In this document: in pieces, positions 1-9,693 of the stretch
Position numbering within the stretch: the first letter of the stretch is position 1
How the letters are laid out: the number at the start of each line of letters is the position of its first letter
Source: Gammaproteobacteria bacterium
GTDB taxonomy: Bacteria; Pseudomonadota; Gammaproteobacteria; Pseudomonadales; M0112
Direction of reading: 5' to 3'
Assembly: GCA_006227085.1 (NCBI GenBank)
Contig: SBFY01000188.1
Coordinates: 1-34,789 of the forward strand
Length of the DNA stretch: 34,789 bases
The notes under the pieces: generated by a model
What the model was told of the DNA's origin: nothing
The model's input: the letters and a program-made list of their open reading frames with translations, nothing else
Databases searched by the model: none
Program-made: the position numbers and the translations under genes

Positions 1-693
1 GAGCGCGCACTGGCACAACTGAACAAGTACATCGTGTTTTCCAAGGCCAAGGCACGGCTGGATGACACCCTGCACGGTTTTGCACTGTTGGGCAGTGATG
101 CAGCAGGATGGCTGCGCGATCACAACGAAGCCGGCATACCCGAAGACACCGGTCTCGCCTGGGCTGATGCCGATGGCGCGGTTATCCGCTTGCAGGATGA
201 TGCCCTTGAATGCTGGGTAACTACCGGGCTTGCTGAAAAATACCAACAACTGGCCGAACAGGAACAACGCCTGGTTGGGACAGCAGCATGGCAGGCATGG
301 CTGGTTGCCCATGGCATCGGCGAAGTGCGCGCTGAAACCATCGAGGTGTTTATCCCTCAATTGATCAACTTGCACCTGACCGGCGGCATCAGCTTTACCA
401 AGGGCTGTTACACCGGCCAGGAAATCGTCGCCCGCATGAAGTACCGCGGCAAACTGAAACGGCATATGTATCGCGCAGCCATCAAAACCGATGCAGCCAT
501 TGCACCCAATACACCGGTGTTTGCCGGTGGGCACGCGCAAAGCGTGGGCGAAGTGGTGCTGGCCGCCAATGGCGAGTTACTGGTTTCGATGACGAAAGAC
601 GCAAAAGATGCCGGCGATGTGCACGTGGGCGCGGCCGATGGGCCAGCGCTGGAGTTTCTCGGGCTGCCGTATGACCCGGAGGCGGAAGGGTAA
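1..693 (+). CDS. ygfZ: Folate-binding tRNA-modification/Fe-S repair protein YgfZ, 5'-truncated by the window edge
   Basis: Frame is open from base 1. It contains the YgfZ signature SFTKGCYTGQEIVAR. Confidence 0.93.
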   Translation, partial: ERALAQLNKYIVFSKAKARLDDTLHGFALLGSDAAGWLRDHNEAGIPEDTGLAWADADGAVIRLQDDALECWVTTGLAEKYQQLAEQEQRLVGTAAWQAWLVAHGIGEVRAETIEVFIPQLINLHLTGGISFTKGCYTGQEIVARMKYRGKLKRHMYRAAIKTDAAIAPNTPVFAGGHAQSVGEVVLAANGELLVSMTKDAKDAGDVHVGAADGPALEFLGLPYDPEAEG

Positions 694-744
694 TTTCCTT
701 GATACATCTGTTTTTGTGTCCATCTCCCCGCAATACATTCCTTC

Positions 745-940
745 TTTAATTTTCTCGCGGGGCCTCGCCGGCCCCGGACCCCGCATCGCGGCCCGGCGTT
801 GCTGATCACCGTTCACTGCATGAGCCTTCGAGCCGTCGGCCCAACAAACATCCGTGTTTGTGGGCCTCAATTAGACATCCCTGTCTAATTGTCGGCTGGG
901 CTCGACTCGTGACCGGCGGCAACACCTTAAAGGCCGGATA
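745..940 (-). repeat. Left arm of a diverged inverted repeat, a structured element with GGA-loop hairpins
   Basis: The minus strand reads CAATTAGAC-AGGGAT-GTCTAATTG, ACAAAC-ACGGAT-GTTTGT and CGGGGCC-GGCGA-GGCCCCG. It is homologous to 1035-1230 on the plus strand, sharing the exact 12-mer CCGACGGCTCGA. Confidence 0.75.
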
Positions 941-973
941 GGTAAAGCCGCGGGTTGCAGCTCGTCCAGATGT

Positions 974-1001
974 CGTCATTCCCGCGAAAGCGGGAATGAC
1001 G
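974..1001. repeat. REP/dRS3-like perfect hairpin (ATTCCC-N8-GGGAAT class)
   Basis: CGTCATTCCCGC-GAAA-GCGGGAATGACG, a 12-bp perfect stem with a GNRA loop. Related copies lie at 1284-1312 and 27926-27953. Confidence 0.85.
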
Positions 1002-1034
1002 GGATTTTTATTAACGGTATGGGACTGCATGTTT

Positions 1035-1230
1035 TTATCCGGCATTCAGCAGGCTGCCGAGTGAACGAATGGCTTCAGCCGTCAACCGGCCATGGACGGC
1101 CGGTTGAGGCGCGCAAGGCAGGATGCCCATCGCGCCGACGGCTCGATAAGCCATCGAGGGAAGGAGGATAAACAGCCGCTGCGCCGGATAGCCAGGGTGC
1201 GGGAGCGGCGAGCTCCCGCAGTAAAAATAA
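1035..1230 (+). repeat. Right arm of the diverged inverted repeat, a structured element with GGA-loop hairpins
   Basis: CAACCGGCC-ATGGAC-GGCCGGTTG (1083-1106), GGC-AGGAT-GCC, an outer stem AGCCGTC/GACGGCT, and GCGGGAGC-GGCGA-GCTCCCGC (1199-1219). Confidence 0.75.
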
Positions 1231-1283
1231 TCGGGTCGTTTAAAATAAAGGTGTCAGAGGTTTCCCGCCGACCCCTTTATTTG

Positions 1284-1312
1284 CTGGATCCCCGCCTTCA
1301 CGGAGATGACGG
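1284..1312. repeat. Degenerate REP-like unit just downstream of ung
   Basis: CTGGATCCCCGCCTTCACGGAGATGACGG closely resembles TGGATTCCCGCCTTCGCGGGAATGACGG at 27926. Confidence 0.7.
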
Positions 1313-1317
1313 CATCA

Positions 1318-2010
1318 CTACTCCGGCAACCCCCAATCAATGACCGGCAAACCGCGCGCCTGTAAATACGCGTTAGCCTTCGAGAAATGCTTGCAGCCTA
1401 AAAACCCGCGATGCGCTGACAACGGCGATGGGTGCGGCGCCGTCAACACACAATGCTTGTTACGGTCGATGAACTGGCCTTTCTTTTGCGCGTAACTGCC
1501 CCATAGCAAAAACACGATGCCCTCGCGCTCACGGTTGAGCACATCAATCACGCGGTCGGTGAAAGTTTCCCAGCCCTTGCCCTGGTGTGAACCGGCAAGG
1601 CCCTGTTCCACCGTCAGCACGCTGTTCAATAACAGCACGCCTTGTTCCGCCCAGTGTTGCAAGTGACCGTGCGACGGGATGGGCAAACCGAGGTCGTTAT
1701 GGATTTCCTTGAACATGTTTTGCAGTGACGGTGGCGGCTGTACGCCAGGCAGCACCGAGAAACACAGCCCATGGGCCTGCCCCGGGCCGTGATAAGGATC
1801 TTGCCCGAGGATCACCACGCGCACACGGTCGAACGGGGTTTGCCGGAAGGCGTTGAACCAGTTTTCCGTGGCCGGGTAAATCACCTTGCCAGCGCGTTTC
1901 TGTTCGCGCAGGAACTCCCGCAGCGCCTGCATGTAGGGCTTCCCGAACTCATCGGACAGGTGCGCCAGCCAGCTCGGTTCCAGGTCAATGGCGCGGGATT
2001 CAGTCGTCAT
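1318..2010 (-). CDS. ung: Uracil-DNA glycosylase, family 1
   Basis: Motifs [21 protein letters not shown] and HPSPLS. Start placed at MTTESR because GGAGG precedes that ATG. Confidence 0.97.
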   Translation of the reverse strand: MTTESRAIDLEPSWLAHLSDEFGKPYMQALREFLREQKRAGKVIYPATENWFNAFRQTPFDRVRVVILGQDPYHGPGQAHGLCFSVLPGVQPPPSLQNMFKEIHNDLGLPIPSHGHLQHWAEQGVLLLNSVLTVEQGLAGSHQGKGWETFTDRVIDVLNREREGIVFLLWGSYAQKKGQFIDRNKHCVLTAPHPSPLSAHRGFLGCKHFSKANAYLQARGLPVIDWGLPE

Positions 2011-2118
2011 GGGGCCTCCGGTTGCGGCATCACTATACCAGCCGTTGATATTGGTCATCAGGCCGGCTGGTTTTTATGGAACAATAGGCCACTCTCATCG
2101 CTTGGCACAGAGGCGCAC

Positions 2119-2502
2119 ATGACCAACCAGACCCCTTACCAGATGCTCGGTGGCGATGAAGGCATCCGCAAACTGGCCGATGCCTTTTACGACGCCATGG
2201 ATGAACTGCCGGAAGCCGCGACCATTCGCGCAATGCATGCCGAGAGCCTCACCGATATCAAGGAAAAGCTGTACGAGTATTTGTCCGGCTGGCTGGGTGG
2301 CCCGCACCTGTACAAGGAAAAGCATGGCACCGTGTGCCTGACTGACCCACACAAGCCGTTTGCGATTGGCCCGGCCGAGCGCGACCAATGGCTGCTGTGC
2401 ATGGACAAGGCGCTGGAAAAAATCAGTGCCAGTGATGAGTTGAAAGCGATGCTGAAAGGGCCGTTCTACAATATCGCGGATTTCTTGCGCACCCGGGAGT
2501 GA
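2119..2502 (+). CDS. Group II truncated hemoglobin (trHbO/GlbO-like)
   Basis: YQMLGG..GIRKLADAFY, WLGGP.LY, H.PFAIG..ERDQWLLCM. GAGG precedes the ATG at 2119; the longer 1771 start overlaps ung. Confidence 0.9.
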   Translation: MTNQTPYQMLGGDEGIRKLADAFYDAMDELPEAATIRAMHAESLTDIKEKLYEYLSGWLGGPHLYKEKHGTVCLTDPHKPFAIGPAERDQWLLCMDKALEKISASDELKAMLKGPFYNIADFLRTRE

Positions 2503-2507
2503 GCGGC

Positions 2508-2804
2508 ATGAACAAAAGCGAATGGATCTGGACAGCTATCCGCATCAGCGGGATATTCCTGGTGGTAATGGCTATCGTGGCCATCCCCGAGCTCATTTCA
2601 AGCACCTATAACGCTGTGGCATTTGGTAATCAGGCCGAAACCAGCAGTGGCGACCCACTGATGATGCAATTTAATGCCTTGGCAAAGGCACACAGCACCA
2701 TGGCGGTAAATGCCTGCGCACGCATCGTGCTGTTTTCAGGGTTCGGGTTCTATTTCCTGAAGCACGGCAAATTGCTGCACCGCTTGGCAACGCACGAATC
2801 CTGA
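2508..2804 (+). CDS. Small hypothetical membrane protein with two hydrophobic segments
   Basis: Directly follows the globin and fills the gap to rsuA. The start could instead be the GTG at 2499, which overlaps the globin stop. Confidence 0.65.
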   Translation: MNKSEWIWTAIRISGIFLVVMAIVAIPELISSTYNAVAFGNQAETSSGDPLMMQFNALAKAHSTMAVNACARIVLFSGFGFYFLKHGKLLHRLATHES

Positions 2805-2807
2805 GCG

Positions 2808-3497
2808 TTACTTGATCGACGCAATCTCTTCCGCCGTCAATTCCCGCCACTGCCCTTCTGGCAAGTCGCCCAGTACCAGCTGGCCCACCGATTCGCGGTG
2901 CAAGCCAACCACCTTGTTACCCAGGGCGGCCATCATGCGCTTGACCTGGTGGTAGCGGCCTTCATGCAGGGTCAGCAGCACTTCCGTATCACTGATGCGC
3001 GTGAGTTCCGCCGGCCGTGTCGGTTTGTTTTCACCCTGCAGCAGGATGCCATCACGGCAGCGTGATTCGGCATCGGCGACCAAGGGTTCGGCCAAGGTGA
3101 CACGGTAGCGCTTGCCGATGGTACTGCCGGGACGCGTCAACCGGTGTGTCCACTGGCCGTCATCACCCAGGATCACCATGCCGGTGGTGTCCTGATCCAG
3201 GCGACCAGCGATAATCAGGCCCTCGCGCAGCCCGGCGGGCAACAAGTCAGTCACCGGCGGCCAGGTGTCTTCGGTGTTGGAACAGACATACCCGGCCGGT
3301 TTATGCAGCATCAGGTAGCGGGCCTTGGGTGGGCTCACGGGCCTGCCTTGCCAGCAGACCGTCACGGATGGATCGACATGACTGGCGGCATTGGTTTGCA
3401 CCTCACCGCCGATCGTGACGTCACCCGCCATAATCGCCTTGCGGGCCTGCGAACGCGTCAGGGTGGTGCTGTCAGCCAGGTATTTATCCAATCGCAT
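2808..3497 (-). CDS. rsuA: 16S rRNA pseudouridine(516) synthase, RsuA family
   Basis: N-terminal S4 domain MRLDKYL, catalytic GRLDQDTTG, and EGRYHQVKRM. Confidence 0.9.
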   Translation of the reverse strand: MRLDKYLADSTTLTRSQARKAIMAGDVTIGGEVQTNAASHVDPSVTVCWQGRPVSPPKARYLMLHKPAGYVCSNTEDTWPPVTDLLPAGLREGLIIAGRLDQDTTGMVILGDDGQWTHRLTRPGSTIGKRYRVTLAEPLVADAESRCRDGILLQGENKPTRPAELTRISDTEVLLTLHEGRYHQVKRMMAALGNKVVGLHRESVGQLVLGDLPEGQWRELTAEEIASIK

Positions 3498-3583
3498 CCG
3501 CAATCTTCCGGTTTTGTCATTACCGCCGGACACCCGGCACTGGTACCATACAGCCTGCCATAACAATCACAAGGGAAACACCC

Positions 3584-5557
3584 ATGCTGTATCGCCTGTT
3601 GCTGGCCTGCCTGATCGCAGGCACCACCCTGAATGCCGCCGCCGATGCCCCCATAGAGACCCCGTTAGCCGCCCCGGCCACACAGGATGCGGCAGCAGAG
3701 CGCCAGTACAGCGAAATCCGCACGCCTTGCCGCCAATACAACCCTTTGCGTAACGCCTATTTCGGCGACACCCATGTGCACACCTACCTGTCACTGGATG
3801 CCGGCCTGCAAGGCACCCGCACCACTCCGGATGAGGCCTACCGTTTTGCCCAAGGCGAGCCGATCGGCCTGCAACCCTGGACCGATGAAGGCAAACCCTT
3901 GCGCAGCTTGCAGCTGGCACGGCCACTGGATTTCGTGGCGCTGTCGGATCATTCCGAATTCCTCGGTGAACAACATATTTGCATGACACCCGGCAGCGAG
4001 GGTTATGACAGCTGGCAATGCGGCTTTTACCGTCGCTGGCCGTCAGTGGCGTTCATTTTCATGAACATGCGCACAGCCTGGTCAGCTGACCGCAACGCCG
4101 ACGGTGAGGCCCTGCCGATCCCGCGCTTCGGTTATTGCGGCAAGGATGGTGAAGTGTGCCGTGAAGCTGCCTCGCACGGTTGGCAGGAAATCCAGCAAGC
4201 TGCTGAACAGCATTACGATCGTTCCAGCGATTGCCAATTCACCACCTTTGTCGGCTACGAATGGTCAGGCGGCCCGAAAACCGAAAACCTGCACCGCAAT
4301 GTGATTTTCCGCAACAGCACCGTCACCGCACTGCCGGTCAGCTATCTCGACACCCCGGATCCGGAACAACTCTGGGCACGCCTGAAGCGCGAATGCCTCA
4401 CACCGGGCAAGGGCTGCGATGTGCTCGCCATCCCGCACAATTCCAATGTCAGCAATGGCCGCATGTTTGCGCTGACCGAAAGCAATGGCAAACCGTTCTC
4501 TGCCGAATACGTGCGCCTGCGACACGAGATGGAACCGCTGGTGGAGATCTTCCAGCACAAGGGTGATTCCGAGTGCGGCCTGATGAGCAGCGATGAGCAA
4601 TGCGGCTTTGAGAAAATGCCGTACAACAACCTGATTGCGGGACGTTATAACGGCTGGTTGACCGACAAGCCGAGTGAATCCGATTTCGTGCGCGATGCAC
4701 TGAAGCAAGGATTAAAGGTTGAGCAACAACTCGGCACCAACCCGTTCCAGTACGGCATCATCGCCAGCACGGACACTCACCTCGGCGCACCCGGCGCAGT
4801 CAGCGAAAGCAATTTCCCGGGTCACGGTGGTGCGGGTTACTCTGCCCGTGAAGGCATTCGCCCTGGCTTCCCAGACCCAGTCCTGTATAACCCCGGCGGC
4901 CTCGCGGTTGTCTATGCAGAAGAAAATTCACGCGACGCGCTGTTCAATGGCATGAAACGCCGCGAAACCTATGGCACCAGTGGTCCACGTATCGGCCTGC
5001 GTTTCTTCGCCGGCGAGAACTACCCGGAAGACCTGTGCAATAACGCAGACTTTGTCGCTACGGGTTATGCACAAGGCGTTCCCATGGGCAGCACATTACC
5101 TGCTCCCGCCAACAGCCCTGCGTTTGCCGTGGCCGCACAAGCCGATCCGGGCGCCAGCAACGAGCCGGGCATGCCCCTGCAACGCATCCAGATCATCAAG
5201 GGCTGGATCGACAACGGCATCGCCCATGAGAAAGTGTTCGAGGTGGCGGGCAATCCCGACAATGGCGCCACGGTTGACACCAACACCTGTGAACCGCAAG
5301 GAACCGGTGCCGCACAACTGTGTGCCGTATGGCGCGACCCGGATTTCAACCCGGCACAACCCGCGTTCTACTATGCCCGCGTACTGGAAAACCCGAGCTG
5401 CCGTTGGTCCGCACGCCAATGCGTGGCTGCCGGCGTGGATTGCAGCCAGCCGGATACTGTCTCCAAAGGTTATGAAGCCTGTTGCACAGCCGAGGCCCCG
5501 AAAATCATTCAGGAACGCGCCTGGAGCTCGCCGGTATGGGTCAGCCCAGCCCGCTGA
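3584..5557 (+). CDS. Secreted DUF3604-like protein (PHP-like metal-binding fold)
   Basis: Signal peptide plus YFGDTHVHT..SLDA, LDFVALSDHSE, NLHRNVIF, IPHNSN.S.G, EIFQHKGDSE, STDTH and a C-terminal QERAWSSPVW. Confidence 0.85.
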   Translation: MLYRLLLACLIAGTTLNAAADAPIETPLAAPATQDAAAERQYSEIRTPCRQYNPLRNAYFGDTHVHTYLSLDAGLQGTRTTPDEAYRFAQGEPIGLQPWTDEGKPLRSLQLARPLDFVALSDHSEFLGEQHICMTPGSEGYDSWQCGFYRRWPSVAFIFMNMRTAWSADRNADGEALPIPRFGYCGKDGEVCREAASHGWQEIQQAAEQHYDRSSDCQFTTFVGYEWSGGPKTENLHRNVIFRNSTVTALPVSYLDTPDPEQLWARLKRECLTPGKGCDVLAIPHNSNVSNGRMFALTESNGKPFSAEYVRLRHEMEPLVEIFQHKGDSECGLMSSDEQCGFEKMPYNNLIAGRYNGWLTDKPSESDFVRDALKQGLKVEQQLGTNPFQYGIIASTDTHLGAPGAVSESNFPGHGGAGYSAREGIRPGFPDPVLYNPGGLAVVYAEENSRDALFNGMKRRETYGTSGPRIGLRFFAGENYPEDLCNNADFVATGYAQGVPMGSTLPAPANSPAFAVAAQADPGASNEPGMPLQRIQIIKGWIDNGIAHEKVFEVAGNPDNGATVDTNTCEPQGTGAAQLCAVWRDPDFNPAQPAFYYARVLENPSCRWSARQCVAAGVDCSQPDTVSKGYEACCTAEAPKIIQERAWSSPVWVSPAR

Positions 5558-7188
5558 TGCGCGTGACGCTAGCAGCAGCGTATGCGCTGCTGGGCTGGTT
5601 GCTGTTCACCAGCCTCTGGGGCCTTTACCTTGGCCACTTTCCTGGCGTGTATGTCGACATGTGGGACGAAATGCCCTTCCTGCAGCGACTGGATGAAGGC
5701 CGTTCCACACTGCATGACTGGGCCAATGCTTACGCGGGCTCGCACCGCTTGTTGTTATCGCGGTTCGTGTTTGCAATTGAACACAGCGTTTTCCAACACG
5801 CGAATGTGTTCACGATCATGGTGTCGGTCATATTCCACCTGCTGGCAATCGTGACCGCTTGTCGCTTTATCCACAACACACCAGTCCTTGCTGAACGGCG
5901 TGGCTTGTACCTGGTGGTGCTGGCGGCGGGATTTTCTGCACTGCATTTGTACAACCTCCACTACACCTTCCTGGTGCAATGGTTCCAGGTGGTGGCGTTT
6001 TCATTCCTCGCTTTTGCCTGCCTGATTCGCAGCACACAAGCGGCACATGGAAGCGGGCAGGAAACCGCAGCCACCGTGCTGGCATTTGCGTTAGCCCTGG
6101 CGGCCAGCTTCTGCAATTTCCCCGGTGTGGTGGCACTGTTGAACCTGGGTTTACTCGGCATCGCCCTGAATCATCGCTGGCGCTGGTTACTGGCGATCGC
6201 TTGTTTGCTGGCTGTGCTGGCCCATGTTGGCAGCATGCCAGGCCCAGGCATGGATCGTGGCGCGCTGCTCGATGCCATTGCCGCCAACCCGCTGGCACTG
6301 CTGGCTTACCCGATGTATACCTTACGATTCCTGGGAACCCCGCTGACGCCCATTCATGAAGCGGCCGGTATGTTGCTGGGCACCCTGATTGCCGGCTACA
6401 CCGGCTGGCATGGCATTCGCTGGATGATCGGCAAGAACCCGCAAACCCCTGCTGGCGCATTCGCCCTCGCTGGCCTGATGTGGTTGTGTGGCACAGCCGC
6501 CGCCACCGCCTTGGGACGAGCATGGATACCAGTCACCGCCATTGCTGAACGCTTCCATACCATTCATCTCTGGTTAGTGCCCTTGCTGCTGCTGCACTGG
6601 CTGCTCTCCTGCAACAGTGTGCAGACCAGGAAGTGGCTGGTACTGGGTGGCATGGGTTGGCTGGCCTTGCTCACCTATTGGCAACCACTGGCCCTGCAAC
6701 AAGCGCTGGAAACCGCGCAAAAGGTTCGCATGTCCCACATTGCCTACACCATCGGCATGAATAGCTGGCGTACCCATGCGTTGTTATCCGTGCCGCACAA
6801 GGCCACCAAATACAACCCTGCGCTGGAATGGCGCGATTACCTGCAAGCAACGGGTAATGGCATTTATGCCACGGAGGCTGCGCACTGGATGGGGCAATTA
6901 TTTACCCAACCCTTGCAGGAACTGCCCAGCTGCATTCGCAATGTGGCCCTGGATCCAGTCGAGGATGGTTACCTGGAAATCCGCATTGCCGGCAACGGTG
7001 ATGATCCGATCACCAGCGCATGGCTGATTGACCCGCAAGGGCAAGTGCAGGGTTATGCGTTACCGGTACTGCCAACGGGTTTGTTCCAGGCGGGTCATGG
7101 ATTGCGGGGTTATATGCTCGGTACCGATGACTGGACCGTGATCGGTAATCCCACCCATCGGCCTTGCCTGATCGGTAGCAGCCTGTAA
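5557..7188 (+). CDS. Multi-pass membrane protein, possibly GT-C glycosyltransferase-like
   Basis: TGATG overlap with the upstream stop. About 11-12 hydrophobic segments, an acidic DMWDE motif in the first loop, and a soluble C-terminal tail. Function is inferred only. Confidence 0.7.
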   Translation: MRVTLAAAYALLGWLLFTSLWGLYLGHFPGVYVDMWDEMPFLQRLDEGRSTLHDWANAYAGSHRLLLSRFVFAIEHSVFQHANVFTIMVSVIFHLLAIVTACRFIHNTPVLAERRGLYLVVLAAGFSALHLYNLHYTFLVQWFQVVAFSFLAFACLIRSTQAAHGSGQETAATVLAFALALAASFCNFPGVVALLNLGLLGIALNHRWRWLLAIACLLAVLAHVGSMPGPGMDRGALLDAIAANPLALLAYPMYTLRFLGTPLTPIHEAAGMLLGTLIAGYTGWHGIRWMIGKNPQTPAGAFALAGLMWLCGTAAATALGRAWIPVTAIAERFHTIHLWLVPLLLLHWLLSCNSVQTRKWLVLGGMGWLALLTYWQPLALQQALETAQKVRMSHIAYTIGMNSWRTHALLSVPHKATKYNPALEWRDYLQATGNGIYATEAAHWMGQLFTQPLQELPSCIRNVALDPVEDGYLEIRIAGNGDDPITSAWLIDPQGQVQGYALPVLPTGLFQAGHGLRGYMLGTDDWTVIGNPTHRPCLIGSSL

Positions 7189-7197
7189 GCCAAGGCG

Positions 7198-9636
7198 TCA
7201 GGCAGAGTGGATCAGGCGCAACCCCGGGGCGGGTTGGCCGACTTCATCAATCGGCTGTACCGGTGCGGCACCGTAACTGCGGGCCATGCGTGAAGCTTCC
7301 GGCGTGCCATACAAGGTGGTGCGCTGGCGATGTGAACGCCCGGCTGCATCCATCAGGCCTTCCAGGTATTCCGGTGAAAACTCCTGGCCATGCGCAGCAC
7401 CGGCCGCGCGGGTAATGCTTTCGTTCATCAAGGTGCCGCCCAGGTCATTCACACCGGCTGACAGGCACGCCGAAACACCTTCCGCCCCCAGCTTGACCCA
7501 CGAGGCCTGGATGTTTTTCACCAGCGGATGCAACACCAACCGGCCAATCGCATGCATCAGCAGTACTTCACGGAAGGTCGGGCCTTTGCGCGAGATTTTC
7601 CGCAAACCCTGTGGTGATTCCATGTGCACAAATGGCAACGGAACGAATTCGGTAAAGCCACCGGTTTCTGCCTGCAAATCGCGCACACGCAGCAAATGAC
7701 GCGCCCAGTGCAGCGGGCTTTCAACATGACCAAACATGATCGTGATGGTTGAGCGGATGCCCTGCTGGTGTGCCGCACGCATCACATCAAACCATTCATC
7801 GGTGCTGATCTTGTCGGGACAGATCACCGCACGCACTTCATCATCAAGGATTTCCGCAGCGGTGCCCGGCAAGGTGTTCAAGCCGGCCGCTTTCAATTGC
7901 GCGAGGAATTCCGGCAATGACAGGCCAAGGGTTGTCGCCCCTTGTGTGATTTCCAGTGGCGAAAACGCATGGATATGCATGGAAGGACACACGGCCCTGA
8001 TGGCTTCACAGACATCCAGGTAATGCTGGCCGGTGTAATCCGGATGGATGCCACCCTGCAGGCACACTTCAGTCGCACCACGCTCCCAGGCCTCCAGCGT
8101 ACGACGCTGGATTTCTTCCATGGAGATGTCATAGGGCTTTTCGCGCAGGTTCTCGCTCACCTTGCCTTTCGAGAAGGCACAGAAGCGGCATTTGAAATAA
8201 CAGATATTGGTGTAATTGATGTTGCGATTGACGACATAACTGACACAGTCACCATTCACGGATTGGCGCAGGCGATCGGCCGCCTGGCACACCGCCGCGA
8301 TTTCGTCACCACGCGCCGCAAACAATCGCACGACTTCCTGTTCATCCAGTCGTTCACCGGCTTCGGCTTTCTGCAGGATGGCTGGCAAGTCAGCGCCAAC
8401 ATGGACAGGGGATTTCTGCAACACATCCAGCAATTTTTTCGGCGGTGGCAACACGGCACCGGCATGCCACTGGTCATCACGTGCCAATCCTTCGGCATCG
8501 CTCAAGGCCTGCAAGGCCGGGATCACGCCAGCATCCACCCACTGTTTACGATCTCGCCCATAGGCGGGATACACGGTCAAACGTTCCACCAGCACTTTGC
8601 CGGCTTGCGCGGTTTCTGCTGCCAACTTGTCGAGATGCGGCCAGGGCGCTTCCGGATTCACAAAGTCCGGTGTCACCGGGGACACACCGCCCCAATCGTT
8701 AATACCGGCGGACACCAGTTTCGGCAACACTCCGGGGCTCAGGTTAGGCGGTGCCTGGATCGACATGGCCGGGCCAAACACCAATCGCGCGATCGCCAGC
8801 GTCCACAACATCTCGTCGAGATCCGGTTCCGGGCTTTCGCGCATCAGGGTATCGGCCTTGGCGCGGAAATTCTGGACGATGATTTCCTGCACATGGCCAT
8901 GACGCTGATGCACATCGCGCAAGGCCAGCAGGGATTCGATGCGTTCTTGCCGGGTTTCACCAATACCGATCAGGATGCCACTGGTGAAAGGCACCTTGGC
9001 CTGGCCGGCACGCTCCAGTGTTTGCAAGCGCACAGCCGGGATCTTGTCGGGTGAACCGTAATGCGGCATGCCGGGTTCACACAGGCGATCCGATGCCGAT
9101 TCCAGCATGATGCCCATCGACGCCGACACCGGCCGCAAGAAAGCGATTTCCTCGTCGGTCATGCAACCGGCATTGATGTGCGGCAGCAAACCGGTTTCCG
9201 CCAGCACACGGCCAGCCACATGGGCAACATATTCCAGCGTGGTTGCAAAACCCATCTCGGCCAAGGCGTCACGCGCCACCCGGTAACGCAATTCCGGTTT
9301 CTCACCCAAAGTGAACAAGGCTTCCTTGCAACCTTGCGCAGCACCTTGCCTCGCCAGTGCCACGACATCGTCCGGGGACAGGTAAGGTTTTTCGAGGTGG
9401 CGCGGGGTCTTGGCAAAGGTGCAGTAATGGCAAACATCGCGACACAGGTGGGTCAGCGGGATGAACACCTTGCGGGAATAGGTCACGGCATGCGGGAAGC
9501 CGGTATCACGCAACACACTGGCGGCTTCCAGCAAGGGCGGTGACAAAGGCACACTCGCCAGGGCCAGCGCATGATCACGGGAAAGCGCCTGCCCTTGTTG
9601 CCATTGCCGGGTGATCTGTTCGGGAGTCAGGGTCAT
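7198..9636 (-). CDS. fbiC: Bifunctional FO synthase (fused CofG-CofH radical SAM)
   Basis: Two CxxxCxxC motifs (CRDVCHYC, CYFKCRFC), plus TYSRKVFIPLT, NRNINYTN, PGTAAEILDD and DLGGTLMNESITRAAG. Confidence 0.95.
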   Translation of the reverse strand: MTLTPEQITRQWQQGQALSRDHALALASVPLSPPLLEAASVLRDTGFPHAVTYSRKVFIPLTHLCRDVCHYCTFAKTPRHLEKPYLSPDDVVALARQGAAQGCKEALFTLGEKPELRYRVARDALAEMGFATTLEYVAHVAGRVLAETGLLPHINAGCMTDEEIAFLRPVSASMGIMLESASDRLCEPGMPHYGSPDKIPAVRLQTLERAGQAKVPFTSGILIGIGETRQERIESLLALRDVHQRHGHVQEIIVQNFRAKADTLMRESPEPDLDEMLWTLAIARLVFGPAMSIQAPPNLSPGVLPKLVSAGINDWGGVSPVTPDFVNPEAPWPHLDKLAAETAQAGKVLVERLTVYPAYGRDRKQWVDAGVIPALQALSDAEGLARDDQWHAGAVLPPPKKLLDVLQKSPVHVGADLPAILQKAEAGERLDEQEVVRLFAARGDEIAAVCQAADRLRQSVNGDCVSYVVNRNINYTNICYFKCRFCAFSKGKVSENLREKPYDISMEEIQRRTLEAWERGATEVCLQGGIHPDYTGQHYLDVCEAIRAVCPSMHIHAFSPLEITQGATTLGLSLPEFLAQLKAAGLNTLPGTAAEILDDEVRAVICPDKISTDEWFDVMRAAHQQGIRSTITIMFGHVESPLHWARHLLRVRDLQAETGGFTEFVPLPFVHMESPQGLRKISRKGPTFREVLLMHAIGRLVLHPLVKNIQASWVKLGAEGVSACLSAGVNDLGGTLMNESITRAAGAAHGQEFSPEYLEGLMDAAGRSHRQRTTLYGTPEASRMARSYGAAPVQPIDEVGQPAPGLRLIHSA

Positions 9637-9664
9637 ACTGCAAGAAGGTCCACCAGAGGGCTAC

Positions 9665-9693
9665 AGTATGGGTTTGCAACCGGTGGACTGCAA
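9665..9693 (-). promoter_or_regulatory. Putative sigma70 promoter in front of fbiC
   Basis: Minus strand TTGCAG-17 nt-CATACT in the 92-bp cofC-fbiC gap. Confidence 0.45.

Noticed and set aside
694-1317. 6S RNA, tRNA, CRISPR array or short ORFs in the ygfZ-ung gap
   Set aside because: There is no tRNA cloverleaf and no regularly spaced direct repeats, and I recognise no 6S motif. The short ORFs translate REP sequence (VIPAFAGMT, LDPRLHGDD), a known artefact.
1771-2118. N-terminal extension of the globin ORF (243 aa)
   Set aside because: It overlaps ung on the opposite strand. Globin similarity begins at the ATG at 2119, which has an RBS.
7942-9054. 370-aa plus-strand ORF
   Set aside because: Antisense shadow of fbiC with no recognisable motifs.
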